Part shown: one piece after another, positions 1-11,777 of the stretch
Layout of the letters: each line of letters opens with the position of its first letter
Position numbering within the stretch: the stretch's first letter is position 1
Assembly: GCA_023231475.1 (NCBI GenBank)
Contig: JALJEE010001799.1
Location: 1-42,038, forward strand
Direction: 5' to 3'
Source of the DNA: Seison nebaliae
Lineage: Eukaryota
Length of the DNA stretch: 42,038 bases
Program-made: the position numbers and the translations under genes
The notes under the pieces: model-generated
Database searches by the model: none
Told to the model about the DNA's origin: nothing
Seen by the model: the letters and a program-made list of their open reading frames with translations, nothing else

Positions 1-124
1 GGTTAAATTCATCTTTGAGAAAAGTTATTTTGTGAATTTTTTAGTTCATCTATTATCAATCAAACTGCATAAAAATTAAAGATTAGTAATATATAATAAG
101 ACCTAAAAGCCGATGTCCGAGAAT

Positions 125-690
125 CAATCGAACATACTGTATTCGTCACAAATTATGCAAAGCATTCTTCTCTTTCTTTCCCAAAACGAAATTCATCCCT
201 CTTAAATTATGTTTACAGCTTTTCAGGAGTTTGGTTTCGCCTTTATATTCTCTGGAAACGATTTTCTCTATAACACAACGTTCATTCCTGTCCATCGAGC
301 GCGCATACAATCGATTTATTAAGAGATTGATATGTTGCTTTCACAGATGCAATCGTTCTCTCATCTTCGCAACAGGCGGTCTTCTTCCTCTACCCATTCT
401 CTTTTCTCGTCGAATCTTTACTCTTATCGACAAAATTACAGAATCGAACTTCCACATTTCTCATATTTCGAACACAAACTTCTTACATAATCGATCAGTA
501 TTTTCACATACCTGTCGATATTACGGGTTATCTCATAAAATTGGACTTCAGGATTTTAGAGATTTCATTTTTTTCTACGATCTCACAGATTCTATGATTG
601 ATCAATATTGGCGAGGATTAAAATTTTTTTAATTTTTTTTCTACTTTATCCCGACGGGAATTTTAATCAATAGATAATAATAATAAATAT
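125..690 (+). mobile_element. 3' part of a non-LTR retrotransposon (LINE): C-terminal ORF2 remnant, 3' UTR and (TAA)n tail
   Basis: Bases 150-400 align by eye with the region following the RT at 15490-15720 (KLCKAFFSFFPKT..LYSLETI..AYNR vs KFCRSFFSFSPKT..LYSLETI..AYNR). Bases 487-690 are near-identical to 36857-37092. Ends TTATCCCGACGGGAATTTTAATCAATAGATAATAATAATAAA. Confidence 0.75.
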
Positions 691-1172
691 GTGCCTTTTG
701 ATTTATTCTTTTGCTTGAAAAATTTTATATTTTGCATTCATTCAAAAAAGTTTATGGCTTTAAATTTTTTTTAAATGGCCCACAGCGCCATTTAAAGAGA
801 ACTGGTTGATTCAGTTAATTATTTGTACATTCTATTTCAATTGGTTAGTATTGATTTTATTAAAGATATCTTCATTTAATTTAAAGTTAATTAAATTAAA
901 TTGAAGAAAAGAATAAGAAAAGGTAAGAAAAAGGTAAATGTTTTATTAAATAAATTATTTTGGAAAATGAGGATAAATTCGGAATAAAATTGCGACATGG
1001 TAGGAATAAGTTAGTGAGAATGTGAAGAAGTAACAGATGTGAGCATCAATTAAAATGTGAGATGATGAGTATGGCAGATTGATAGTAACAGCCTTTATAT
1101 ATATGGGATGAAAATAAATATTTTCCAAAATACGAGAGTCAATTTATTGATGACTTTTCCCTTTCCTTCATT

Positions 1173-1941
1173 TTAGAGTATATTCTTCTCCAACATGATC
1201 TGATCAAAACCATTTGGTTTTTCATATTGGAAGTTAGAAAATTCCACATCCATCACAGCATTATCTCCAACTAGAAAATGTCCAATAGAATGAATAAATG
1301 GGGAAATTAAACGAACCGTAAAAGATGGGATGAACTCGTCCACGAATCGTGTTGTAGGCAACGAGAGATGTTGATTCACCATTCTTATAGAATCGAATTT
1401 CTTCATGATCAAAAGTAATTCCGAATGTATCGCCTTCACAAATGTCTTCCTTGATCGATGAGATTTCTTCGTTCTTATAATAAATGCATCCGTTCTCTTT
1501 CAATACACAACTAAATGGATCATTACCGAATTCCGTTTCTTTTACATCGACAAATGGTGAAGCGAATCCAATTCCCCAAATTCCTGTTCGAATGATAATT
1601 CATTTAATGGCGATGACAATGAAAGAAGAACCGTTCGATTGAATTTTCACTTCAAAATAACATTTGTTCTGTACGACAGGCACATTGCATAAAACGGCAC
1701 CGTTTCCGCAAATTCTCTTTCCACTTTTTACCAAAACTACATCTGGACCGGCTTTCGCCGGATCTAACAATATCGAATTTGTTATACTTCTCGAGAAACC
1801 ATCACCATTCGCTATTTGTTCATTATATTCCGAATCGATTATCGGGTTAGTATGTTTCATGTAATCGATGTCATTGGAAAACCATTCGCAACTTGTACAT
1901 ATGGAAAAAGGACAAGAAAAAAAATTCTTCCATTCCCACAT
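1173..1941 (-). CDS. SPRYD7: SPRY domain-containing protein 7 (3 exons: 1941-1632, 1583-1317, 1270-1173; 224 aa)
   Basis: Spliced translation LDPAKAGPDVVLVKSGKRICGNG..QNKCYFEVKIQSNG|IWGIG..EGDTFGITFDHEE..RGRVHPIFY|VGDNAVMDVEFSNF..GFDQIMLEKNIL matches SPRYD7 along its length. GT-AG introns of 48 and 46 nt restore the frame. Confidence 0.95.
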
Positions 1942-2452
1942 TATGTCTTAATATGAAAACTAGTTAATTAAATGTCATTTGAGAAGGTTGTTCTTTCCAA
2001 TAAAATTCGGCTTGACGAGCCAAACGACGGAAATATCCAGTCGCCTATAAAAGAAATTTGAGAGAGAAAACGAAAGAAGAAATGTGTGTCTCAATTCACA
2101 TTCATACAAAAAAGAAGGAGAACACCTTATTAAATTAATTATGATGATAACTGATGATAAAAGTCGAAAATATTAATGATTTCCTCCAAATTACCTTGTT
2201 TCTCCATAAGATAAAACTAAAAATTTGAAAAAAAAATTTCACCAAATAATTTCACAAATTCCTCAATTTAACTCCTTTCCAATTATTCAACGAAATATTC
2301 CATTAGATAACTTATCATTTTAATCACTTTTTATTGGAATGGTGTGACAATTACATGTATAGAATTTCGTAGAAATTGCACGAAAAAAATTGTGAGGTCT
2401 TCCGTCCTTCAATCAGACTTTCTGTCAAACTTTTTATTATGAACATAAAATT

Positions 2453-3896
2453 TTATTTGAAAATTGCAGAACGTACTCTAAACTTTTTGAGTCGATCATG
2501 ACTAATAACAGAAGTTGAATGTCGTTTTTTTGTTGATGAAATTTTCGGTTTGGACTTCGGTTCGTTCATTTTGTTTGAGGGAATGAAGACGGAGAAGTTC
2601 TTGTCGTTTCTAAATTGAGGAAATGTTGGCATTAGTTCTGCAGTGATTGGTAATGGATTCTCTTCGAAATATTTGTGATTGGCACTCTTCTTCGACGTGA
2701 TACGTCTACTCGGATCATAAATCAGATGTTGTTTGATGAAATTGAGTGTCGCCATCGAAACTGATGGAAAACTATTTCCCAATCGATTATATGGTTGTTC
2801 TCTTAAATCGAATTTTTCAAAATTAGCCAAATACTTCACGTCCTAATAAAAAGACGACATAAAATATACTTTCAAATTCCCAAACAAGTTAACCGGCCAA
2901 ATTTGGGTCGTTGGCGTGCCCAACATGTTAATAATCAATTCCAATTGATGTAAATTGGTACGACCAGGAAAGAGTGGTTTATTCAAATACAATTCCCCAA
3001 TAATACATCCACACGACCACATATCAATGCTAGCATCATAAGTCACTGCACCTTAAGAAGTTGTCATGAAGAAAGAATTATATATAGAAGGTGAAACCTA
3101 ATAATAATTCGGGCGGACGATACCATAATGAGACGACGGTAGGAGTTAATTGATTATTTGGAATGGTCGCATGAGAATCGTTTGAATTGAAATTAGTGAT
3201 TTGACGAGCTAATCCGAAATCGGCAATTTTGATAACTCCTTCATCCGTTAGTAAGAGATTGGAGACTTTGAGATCGCGATGAACGATTCGATTGAAATGA
3301 AGATATTCCAATCCATTCAACATCTGTCGAACGATACATTTTATCTATTTTTTTTTTGTGTTTTCGTCGCCGTAAGAGATTGACTGAAGATTAAATGAGT
3401 AAAATGTTGAAGAACTTGTGATTCGCAGAATGGATTATCCATTCGATCGATGAGCGTCCGCAAATCTTGTTCACAATATTGGAGAATGAGGTAGATGTCG
3501 GTCAACCGTTCGCCAAATCGAATTTCGATTAATTGAACTAAATTTTCATGACTTAGATTTCGAAGTAAATTTATCTCGCGGAAATAAGATGGAAGAATGC
3601 CATCTGTTGTTTTCGCATCTATCAATGTCAATTGCTTCACCGCAACAATTTTCCCAGTATCCGCGTGTTGTGCACGAAACACTTTACCGTAAGTGCCTCT
3701 CCCAATCGTATTGAGTACGGTATAATGCTTTTTGAATAATCTTTGTATCGCATTGCCACAAAAAAATGGGAAAAAAATTTTGGAATTCTCATACAATTTC
3801 AGTGACTAACTCAACATCATTTATTTTAAGATAATCAACTTTCATCCGATTGTTATTGATGAAACTTTTTAAAGAAATTTCATTCATTTCTTTCAT
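2453..3896 (-). CDS. CDK10: Cyclin-dependent kinase 10-like (5 exons: 3896-3811, 3740-3416, 3344-3098, 3051-2894, 2842-2453; 401 aa)
   Basis: Kinase motifs [41 protein letters not shown] and [11 protein letters not shown]10-type LREQPYN and PL..ELMPTFP tail. Four GT-AG introns (70, 71, 46, 51 nt) give an intact frame. The first exon is less certain. Confidence 0.9.
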
Positions 3897-4389
3897 CCAA
3901 AATAATTATCAGCCGTAAATTTCAACTTTCTGCCACTCAATTTTACTCAGATGAAATTTTTTAAAAAATTCATTCATAAATCTCGAAGAGGTTCCAGTGC
4001 CATTTCTTCCGTCTTATTTTATCATTTTATACATCTTCCCAATAAGAATGTCAACACCATCTACAATCCAATTGACTGCACTAAATGTTTTCCTTCCCTT
4101 GTTAATCGTTGAAATAAAACGAATTCATCCGTGATGAATCAACAAGCATCATTGTCATATAATCATCTGACGTAAGAATAAATATTTTATTAGACGAAAG
4201 GAAATCCGCCGAAGAATATGCATATTTTATTAATGGGTTTGTTTTCCAATTTTTTATCAACGAATAATCATCTTCTGAAATATATATATATAATTTTGCA
4301 TAATTTTCTTATCTTATATTGTCTAACTGTAATTTTTTATTTTTTTCTAAATAATTTAATTTTGAAAATTGTTAATTAATCGAATTATA

Positions 4390-4600
4390 GGTAATCGAAC
4401 ACCTCTACTCCTTTTGAGTTGTTATGCAAAAAAGGACACTTCTACTCCTTTTTTCACTTCGTTGGACATTTCTACTCCTTTTCTCGAAAATATGGACAGT
4501 TCTACACCCGATTTGGAAATTTTATGGACAATTCTACACTTTTCTCTTAAGAGTTTTTTACACAGATCTAATCGCATTCCTGGAATTTTATAGCGAGTTG
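4390..4600 (+). repeat. Terminal repeat array of a MULE/Foldback-like DNA transposon (GGACA.TTCTAC.CCTT units)
   Basis: GGACA core at 4434, 4464, 4494 and 4526. The start GGTAATCGAACACCTCTACTCCTTTTGAGTT resembles the reverse complement of the element end at 9494. Confidence 0.75.
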
Positions 4601-5049
4601 TATGTAAGTTCATAATTTCGGATAATTTTTTCTTAACAAGATGAAAGAAATTTATTTTATTTAACCGTAATGAAAAAATCGAATAAAGAAAAAGGTAAAT
4701 TTAAAAAATTATAGAAAAATCATCAGTCTTCATACATTTGGGAAACACAGTGGAAAACGATGAAAAAATTCCTTTCATCGAAAGTTTTTAACATCGATAT
4801 AATTCAGAAAAATTAAGTACTTACGACTATTATTTTTTTTTCTCGACTAAATTATTTGTTCGAGGAAGATTGTTACTCATGTGTTTGAAATCTGTTGACA
4901 ACTTAGGAGCGAATCCTGCATTTAACGAATTATAATTATCTTCAAAGTACTGATATATTACTTTTGTTTCTTGTGATATTTGACTTTTTAAATAATAAAA
5001 ATTGCCCTTTTCTCTTTCGATGTTTCAAGAAATTTGATATTATATTCAT

Positions 5050-6050
5050 TCTGTCCTCCACTGAATGATGTTGTAAGGTTAAATGACGTGCGAAGGTTAA
5101 ACGTTGATGAAGAATCCATTGGTAAACAAGAAGTCTAGTGGTTACTAACGATTCTACAAAGCATGTTAGTATTCCCAACAATTCGTCTTCAGTTCCACTT
5201 CTATCTCTTAAATTTCTCTTGAAAAATTGACAAGGAGGAATTCAGGAAGTGGAAGATATTGTTGCAAATCTTCGTTTTCTATGCTAACCATTGACATCAT
5301 ATTATCAGGCATGATATAATCGAAGCTAACTTTCTAAGAATTTTCAATTTTACAATAACCTATCATTCCGTTTTTATAATAACCTCATTTTTAGGCGTCA
5401 ACAAGGAAACACTAACATTGGGAATTTAAAATTGATAAAAAAAGTAGAGTAAAGGTCTCTGAAATATGTTTTCTTAATAATATACCGTCATGTGGGGCAA
5501 AATGAGACACTTCGTAATAAGCTTCTTTTTATTAGCCCTTAGTCATTTTCCTAATATGTAAATGTCTTTTTTAATATGTAACAGTTTTGTAGGTTTAAAA
5601 AAATACGTACTTTCATAATATCCATTCATTTTTATCGAATTTTAAATAAGAAAAAAGTTGCAGCCATTTTAAAATTTTTTTGATTCTTGTCATTTGAAAA
5701 ATGAAAGAAGTAAAATCTTCTTCCGAAAGGAATTGAATTGTCATTTTTTGCATAGAAACTCAAAATGAGTAGAACTGTCCTCAAATCGAATTATATTCAA
5801 TTATGATATAAATTAAAGTTTATGTTGTTAAAATTTTATAATTATCGCTTATTATAAATTCTTTTCCGACAACTGAAGTATTAACAAAAAGAAAAGAGTC
5901 GTCCACTTATCGTGTCATGAAAACCTTCGACTAAAGAAGCAGAAAAGTAATCTAAAATCTGTTGAGTGAGAAGAGAATTTATACAACAACCGATAATGTT
6001 TATAATTGGAATGATAAGTTTAAATTTGAATGAGACTAATAAAATTTTAA
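5050..6050 (-). pseudogene. Possible highly decayed MULE transposase remnants
   Basis: Minus-strand fragments NTNM(fs)VES (~5150-5175) and IIGC..ILDYF..LVEGFH (~5915-6000) recall MULE motifs GCxFH, LDYF and TNNxxEGxH. They lie next to the 4390 array. Short and frameshifted. Confidence 0.3.
5483..5510 (+). repeat. Dispersed repeat end, probably a TA-flanked Tc1/pogo-like TIR
   Basis: TA|CCGTCATGTGGGGCAAAATGAGACA. A second copy CGTCTTGTGAGGCAAAATGAGACA at 17300-17323 is 22/24 identical. Confidence 0.45.
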
Positions 6051-7045
6051 CCGAAATAAAAGATTCTTTCTCTTTCCTGTCTATTATGGTTTTCTTCATG
6101 CAACATAATTTTTTTAAAACTTTTTAATTTCAATACATGAAGACATTCTTCAGATTTTAATCAAAATTGTTAACTTTTATATTATTGTTTATATGAAAAT
6201 AATCCATTTTCCTCATCGCTTCACACAATTACGGATGAGAACATATTCTTAAATATCGAGCGATTTATTATCTCGTTAGTATGTTCGCGCGAAAGAGAGT
6301 TAGAAGGAATAATTGTATGAGAAGGACATGAATTGTTTCAAACGGAAATTGTCGAATTGAAAGAAAATCGTCGCCATCAATTAAGGATAAACAAATGTTA
6401 ATTAGAATTTTAGAGTTGTAATATTTAAAAAAAAGTTCGGTTAAATCTGATATGTTCACCGAATAACAAGTTGATTTAACGAATAAATCCCACTGCAAAA
6501 ACAATCTTGGCTTCTGCCAATTCACCAAATGCACTTTCATTCATTCGAGATTTGAACGTATGAAGAAAATTTTAAAGAAATTTTTGGATTGACGGAAATT
6601 CCGTCACGGAATACTTATGAAACTATATTGTAAGAGTTTATGAACATTAAAATGAAAGATGTAAATTGAATGACTTTATACTCAATTTTCAACTTCCCCC
6701 GATCTATTTGGCAATTGGTGAAAACGATCGACCAAATTCAATCGCCTTAACATCTTATTACGTTTAGTTGGTATGACTTATTAGATGAAATTGAGTGTCG
6801 ACGAATGAAAGGATTCAATGAGTGGAGATAATTAATGCTTTTCATTCATAATTCCAATTTATCAAACTATTATGGAAGAGAATGTCGTTTAAATTCCCAA
6901 ATTGCCAAATTCTTTTCTTCCTCAATCATAAGATTGTTTGGGAGGAGAAAGTGGGAGTCCTAGTGAGTTGATGAGTATTTAATATTTTAAACTAATAAGT
7001 TTAACTTCTTCCAACAACAAAAAAAGTACAATATGATGTAGCATA

Positions 7046-7204
7046 TTTTTTAATTCGGATTCTTCGGCCGCCTTCCGAAGGCGGCCTTCGAAACGCTAAT
7101 GAATCTTTAATTTTCTCATACTTCCACTAGAGTTCGCTTTCATGTGAATGAACTTAAATTCCCTTATATAACGTTAGCGTGAGAGAGAGAGAGAAAGAGA
7201 GAGA
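7046..7204 (+). mobile_element. Helentron/HINE (DINE-1/pearl)-like non-autonomous element end
   Basis: T-run, then GATTC..GAATC inverted repeat enclosing a perfect GC hairpin GGCCGCCTTC-C-GAAGGCGGCC (7066-7086), followed by a (GA)n microsatellite at ~7180-7204. Confidence 0.4.
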
Positions 7205-7561
7205 ATGTTGAGTCTGCAATTTCTAGACTTAAAAACAACAAAAAGTAAATTGTTCCCTTTTAATGGTCGTTTATCATTTCGGTAGCATTTGTGTGTAAGA
7301 ACTAGTGTTCGCCCTCCTTCCTTCCTCCCTCTTGATTTGTGAATAAGACATCATTTCTTATTTTCTTTTTTGATTATTTCTTCTTATAATCGATAGATGA
7401 GATGCTTATCATCTGTATGACCTAGAATTGTCTCGAAATCGATATTCTATTCCTTTCGAAATCGATACGTTGACAATGACAACGATTACGATATGATGAG
7501 TGAAATAAGCGAACGAAATTTCCATCATGAAATTATGTAGGTTTATGTTAAATTGGAGATT

Positions 7562-8450
7562 GGAGGACAGTGCTATTCCCTTACTAGTTCTACTTACTAG
7601 TAAAGGAAAAAAGGACAGATCTACTCCTTATTCGAAATATTCGGACAGATCTACTCTTTTTTTCTAAGATTCGGACAGTTCTACTCTGTTTTTTTAAAAA
7701 TTCGGCAAGTTTTACTCTTTTTTTTTAAATTCGGACAGTTCTACTCCTTTCGTTAGCATAATGACATATATTATCTCCAATGTAAATTCTGCATTTTTTC
7801 GAAATGGACGAAATGCTTATTCGGCAACAAGACCTTTTTTTCTAATATAGGAAATTAAAAGCCGGAACAACTATATTTCCCGGTGATAATAATTAAACAG
7901 ATCAAAATTATTTATTTCAATTAACTAAGAGTGAAAAATCATGATGTAATTGATTTCTTATCGAATTTGGGATTAAATGGGATGGAGGAAGATGATTCTA
8001 CAATTATTCTTCAAAACTTTGAATGAATGACATTTTAGGACGAGTTTAAGATGAAACACGATTGATTTGAACTACTTTGGCTAACAAATGAAATTTACTC
8101 AAACTATCTCCGATCAGTAAATTTACAATTTAACATTTTAATTATTCCTGAAAATCTAAATATTTTAAACCAAGGAAAACAAAACAAAACTGTCCATTTT
8201 TAAAAATTCGAATTGTCCGATTTATTATCTGAGGTAGGATAGTTGTTCTGACTTTTAATTTTCAAAATTAGAAAAAAAGTCTTGTTGTGGATAAACAGTA
8301 AAAACTGTCCATTTGGAAAAAAATGCACAATTTACATTGAAGATAATATATGTCATAATGCTAACAAAAGAAGTAGAACTGTAGGAATTTAAAATAAAGA
8401 GTGGAACTGTCTGAGTATGTATAGCTAGGAAGGGGAAATGTCTGGAATTT
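7562..8450. mobile_element. Non-autonomous foldback/MULE-like element with long imperfect inverted repeats
   Basis: 7720-7810 (GGACAGTTCTACTCCTTTCGTTAGCATAATGACATATATTATCTCCAATGTAAATT) is the reverse complement, with few mismatches, of 8305-8395. GGACAG units at 7613, 7643, 7673, 7704 (degenerate) and 7733. Confidence 0.8.
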
Positions 8451-8859
8451 TTCATTTATTAAAAGGTGTGTGTTTAAAAAATTAATTTCCCTTCGCACTT
8501 CGCATCAACATCACTAATTCCATCTGTATTTAATATCTTGTTGTTGGGAACGGTTGGGTATTATCTGTCTTCATTGGTCGCCTATAGGGACTTACAACTT
8601 GTTAGTTATTCATTGAATGATTAAGAACGAAGCACAATTTACGTCTTGTCGTAATGTTGTGTAGAAAGTTCTTTTTGTTTTAGATGAAGACAATATTATG
8701 TAGATGATAGCCGATCTTTAATCTAAGGCCGTAAAATGGACGTCGATGTGAGAACCGATAAACAATTTGAGATACATTGGATTAAAAGATTGTTTTTACT
8801 GAATAATATTGAGCTATATCTATATGGACCATTTTTCAACTTTTTCTTAAGGAGTTCGA

Positions 8860-9494
8860 ATGGGGGACAGTTTTACTCCTTTTGATTTTGCTTCAAAAAG
8901 GGACAGTTCTACGCTTTTAATTCGGACAGTTTTTTAGTCCTTAGAAGAAAGAGAAGAAAAAAATCAGAAGTAAAAAAAGATGAATTGCCAATAACAGCGT
9001 TAACAGGCTATGATACAAAGAAATTGAGACTGTTTTTCAATAACATAAATGAAATTTGCTACTTTAATGAATAAAAATTTCATTGAAAAAGAATCTTCCT
9101 GTATAGAATATATTCTCTAAATTAATTCAAAGACGGTTAATATATTATTATTATTATTATTATTATTTATTAATTAAAAATTCCCGTCGGGATAATGAAA
9201 TGATAGACAATAATGATAGATGGAATGATATATAACAAAAGATCTAGATTTATAAAAGCATATTTTCGATAGAAGAGGAGTAGAAGTGTCCATAACGTTA
9301 TTAAAAGAACGATCTTAGAATATCTTATTAGTAAAACTGTCCTTAATTGTAAAAAAAGCGAAGAAATATTACAGAAAAAAAGGGAGTAGAAGTATCCGCA
9401 ATTCTTCAAAAAGGAATAGAAGTGTCCGAATGAAAAGCGTAGAACTGTCCGTTTTTGAAGGAAAACTCAAAAGGCCTAGAACTGTCCGGCAACC
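8860..9494. mobile_element. MITE of the same GGACAGTTCTAC family
   Basis: Left end GGACAGTTTTACTCCTTTTGATTTTGCTTCAAAAAGGGACAGTTCTACGCTTTTAATTCGGACA pairs with right end TGTCCGAATGAAAAGCGTAGAACTGTCCGTTTTTGAAGGAAAACTCAAAAGGCCTAGAACTGTCC. No clear target-site duplication. Confidence 0.8.
9143..9195 (-). mobile_element. Very short LINE 3' end with (TAA)n tail nested inside the MITE
   Basis: Reverse complement reads TTATCCCGACGGGAATTTTTAATTAATAAATAATAATAATAATAATAATAATA, matching the 3' ends at ~646-690 and ~37051-37092. Confidence 0.7.
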
Positions 9495-9949
9495 AGATGT
9501 TCTTCAAAGAATTTATAAAAATTAGAAAAAGATTAATCCGAATTAATATTATTATATTAATATAATATATATACTATTTTAAATTATAGTGATTGTGAGA
9601 AGATGATACATTTATGTATTAATCGTTATAATTGATCTTCAGTACATTCAGGTACTAACAGAAAATGAATTAGTATCGTATAGGAACTTAACCAAGATTT
9701 TGTTGTTGGCAAAATGAATGTTTAATAGTGAAATGTGGAAGTTTTGATTTCTGGAAGCAGTCCAAATTCCTGGTTAATTCCTTGAAGATTTCTACTGAAA
9801 TTCTACTACGTAAACAACTAGAACATAATCGATGGTAAATGAGGTTGATATGATGATTTTTATTTACTCCTCGGTCATCAATCATCAGTTGGGGTATGAA
9901 ATCGTTGATATGTATTCGTTTGAGATAATTGTCAACAACTTGTCCTTTA

Positions 9950-10230
9950 ATGTTCGTTCTCTGTACTGTGTGACCTTTACATGTAATTATGAAGGCGTAA
10001 TTTGCTCCACAATGAATTTTTCTATTTCGTTTGTAAATTACCTTGGGTGGTATGGAAGCTCTGTACACATATCGACAATTCTACATTAGCTATACATGTG
10101 ACTGAACTCGTGTATAGTTGTTGATGAAGATACATAGCGACGTATAGAATAGCTCTTGCCAAAGTGATGTAAAACTCTTCCGAGGATGTCCTGTCGCCCG
10201 ATATATGTTTACGAGTGAAATTATACGTAT
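9950..10230 (-). pseudogene. Possible decayed LTR-retrotransposon integrase fragment
   Basis: Minus-strand frameshifted fragments GDR..FTSLWQELF and PYHP(fs)GNLQT resemble the Gypsy integrase motifs SDRxxxFTSxFW and YHPQxNGQTE. Confidence 0.4.
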
Positions 10231-11777
10231 ATTATACTGCACAAATACTTGCGTCTATGTATGTGAATGAATTGTTATAAATAGTAAATAAAGAAGTACA
10301 TATAAGAGACGTATAATTATATAACTTATTCTTCCTTCATAATACTTACAAGAATAAAATGAATTCCGTCTGAACCATAAAGCAAGTGAGTGATGGAGAG
10401 AATTGAGGAATCGTTTTTTATTAGTCCAGACATTTTGAAGATTTATCTTCCTCTTCTCCAATTTCTTTTAGTATTTATAGAACTAGATACGAAGTAGTAC
10501 CATCACTACACAATTGGACATAAAAATTAAATATTGAATAAAAAAGAATTCGGAAGAATTCTTAAGGAAAGAGGAAAAGGTGTTTTTCAAAATTATATCT
10601 AACATATTTTCTATATTCAATTATTCAACAATAAAATCTCCAATGGTCTTCTCTCAGAAGCACCAGTTGTACTATGTTAATAGTAATGTTGGAATAGCGT
10701 AAGTAAGTCAGTCTCGTATGAAGGGAATCGACGAATCTTAGTAATAATGATTATATGTGATTATATTTAACCTATCAGATTGGAAAGAGAGATCTTTAAT
10801 CTTCTTCCTTATCCTTCATTATTCCTTTTTTATAATTGAATAATCAATATATTGATTATTTAAAACTTTTATTCTTTTTTTTTATTGTACAATTCTTTAA
10901 TCTATCACTGTTACTTTCTTGCACGGAGATTGATTATGGACAAATGAATTAAATCAATTTTTCAATTTTACCATTCAAATCTTATAAATCATTTATTAGT
11001 TATCTTATTACGTCATATTACATTGAATGGAAATGTATTAAAATTATTAATTTACGTATACTAAAAGGATTGGCATATTTGGAATAATGTAAATTTCCTC
11101 ATATTGACTCTAATGTAAGAAAAGTTTAGCTGAAAAAAATTAGATATGTGAAAAATTTTCAAAAGAATTTTTTCTTATCTTTTTTGGGGAGAAATTAAGA
11201 ATATTTTCTCAAGTGTTAGTTGTAATAAGAATAAGAATAAAGCATTCTTGAAATTGAAATTTATCGTAAGGATCATTCGGTCGATTTAATGCAAAGAAGG
11301 AGGAATAAGATTCTTATTATCATTTGATTGTCCGTTATCGAAAACGAATCAGCGAGAAAATTAATTTATAGAAAAGAGATTTAGAAGTATCAATCGAATG
11401 ATACAAAGAAATTGAATGTATTATCAGAAATTTGAGAGTGCACGAAGTTTGCACGAAGTAACATATTTGTGTTGTAAACAATTGTAATGAATTCGTGAAT
11501 GGGATATTGTGTTGAGATTTGAAGAATGGAAGAATATATTGATAAAGATCAAATTAAATTGAAACATTAGAATAATTGATAAAATATCAATGAACATGAT
11601 GACACTTTGATTTAGATGTCTTTAGATTTAATTAATATTTCTTTAATTATTTCTTATTAATTGTCTAAATTATTTAAGTGGAATGTAATCTGATTACCTT
11701 CTAATTCGTTTATACTTCTTCTTAGTTTATTTCAACGATAGAAAGATATAATATCTGATAATGAATGAGCCATTTTG

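Noticed and set aside
770..806. Helitron 3' end (10-bp hairpin then CTGG|T)
   Set aside because: AT-rich stem, single occurrence and no other Helitron evidence; too weak to call.
2151..2175. Hammerhead core CTGATGA..GAAA
   Set aside because: No stem II or flanking stems.
4369..4615. Three overlapping ORFs with repeated peptides
   Set aside because: Artefacts of the 30-bp repeat array. The same applies to 41306-41509.
7055..7106. HDV-like ribozyme (GCTAAT followed by a P2-like pairing)
   Set aside because: No P3/L3 TCCTCG loop, P1 or P1.1 can be built; it is a simple hairpin.
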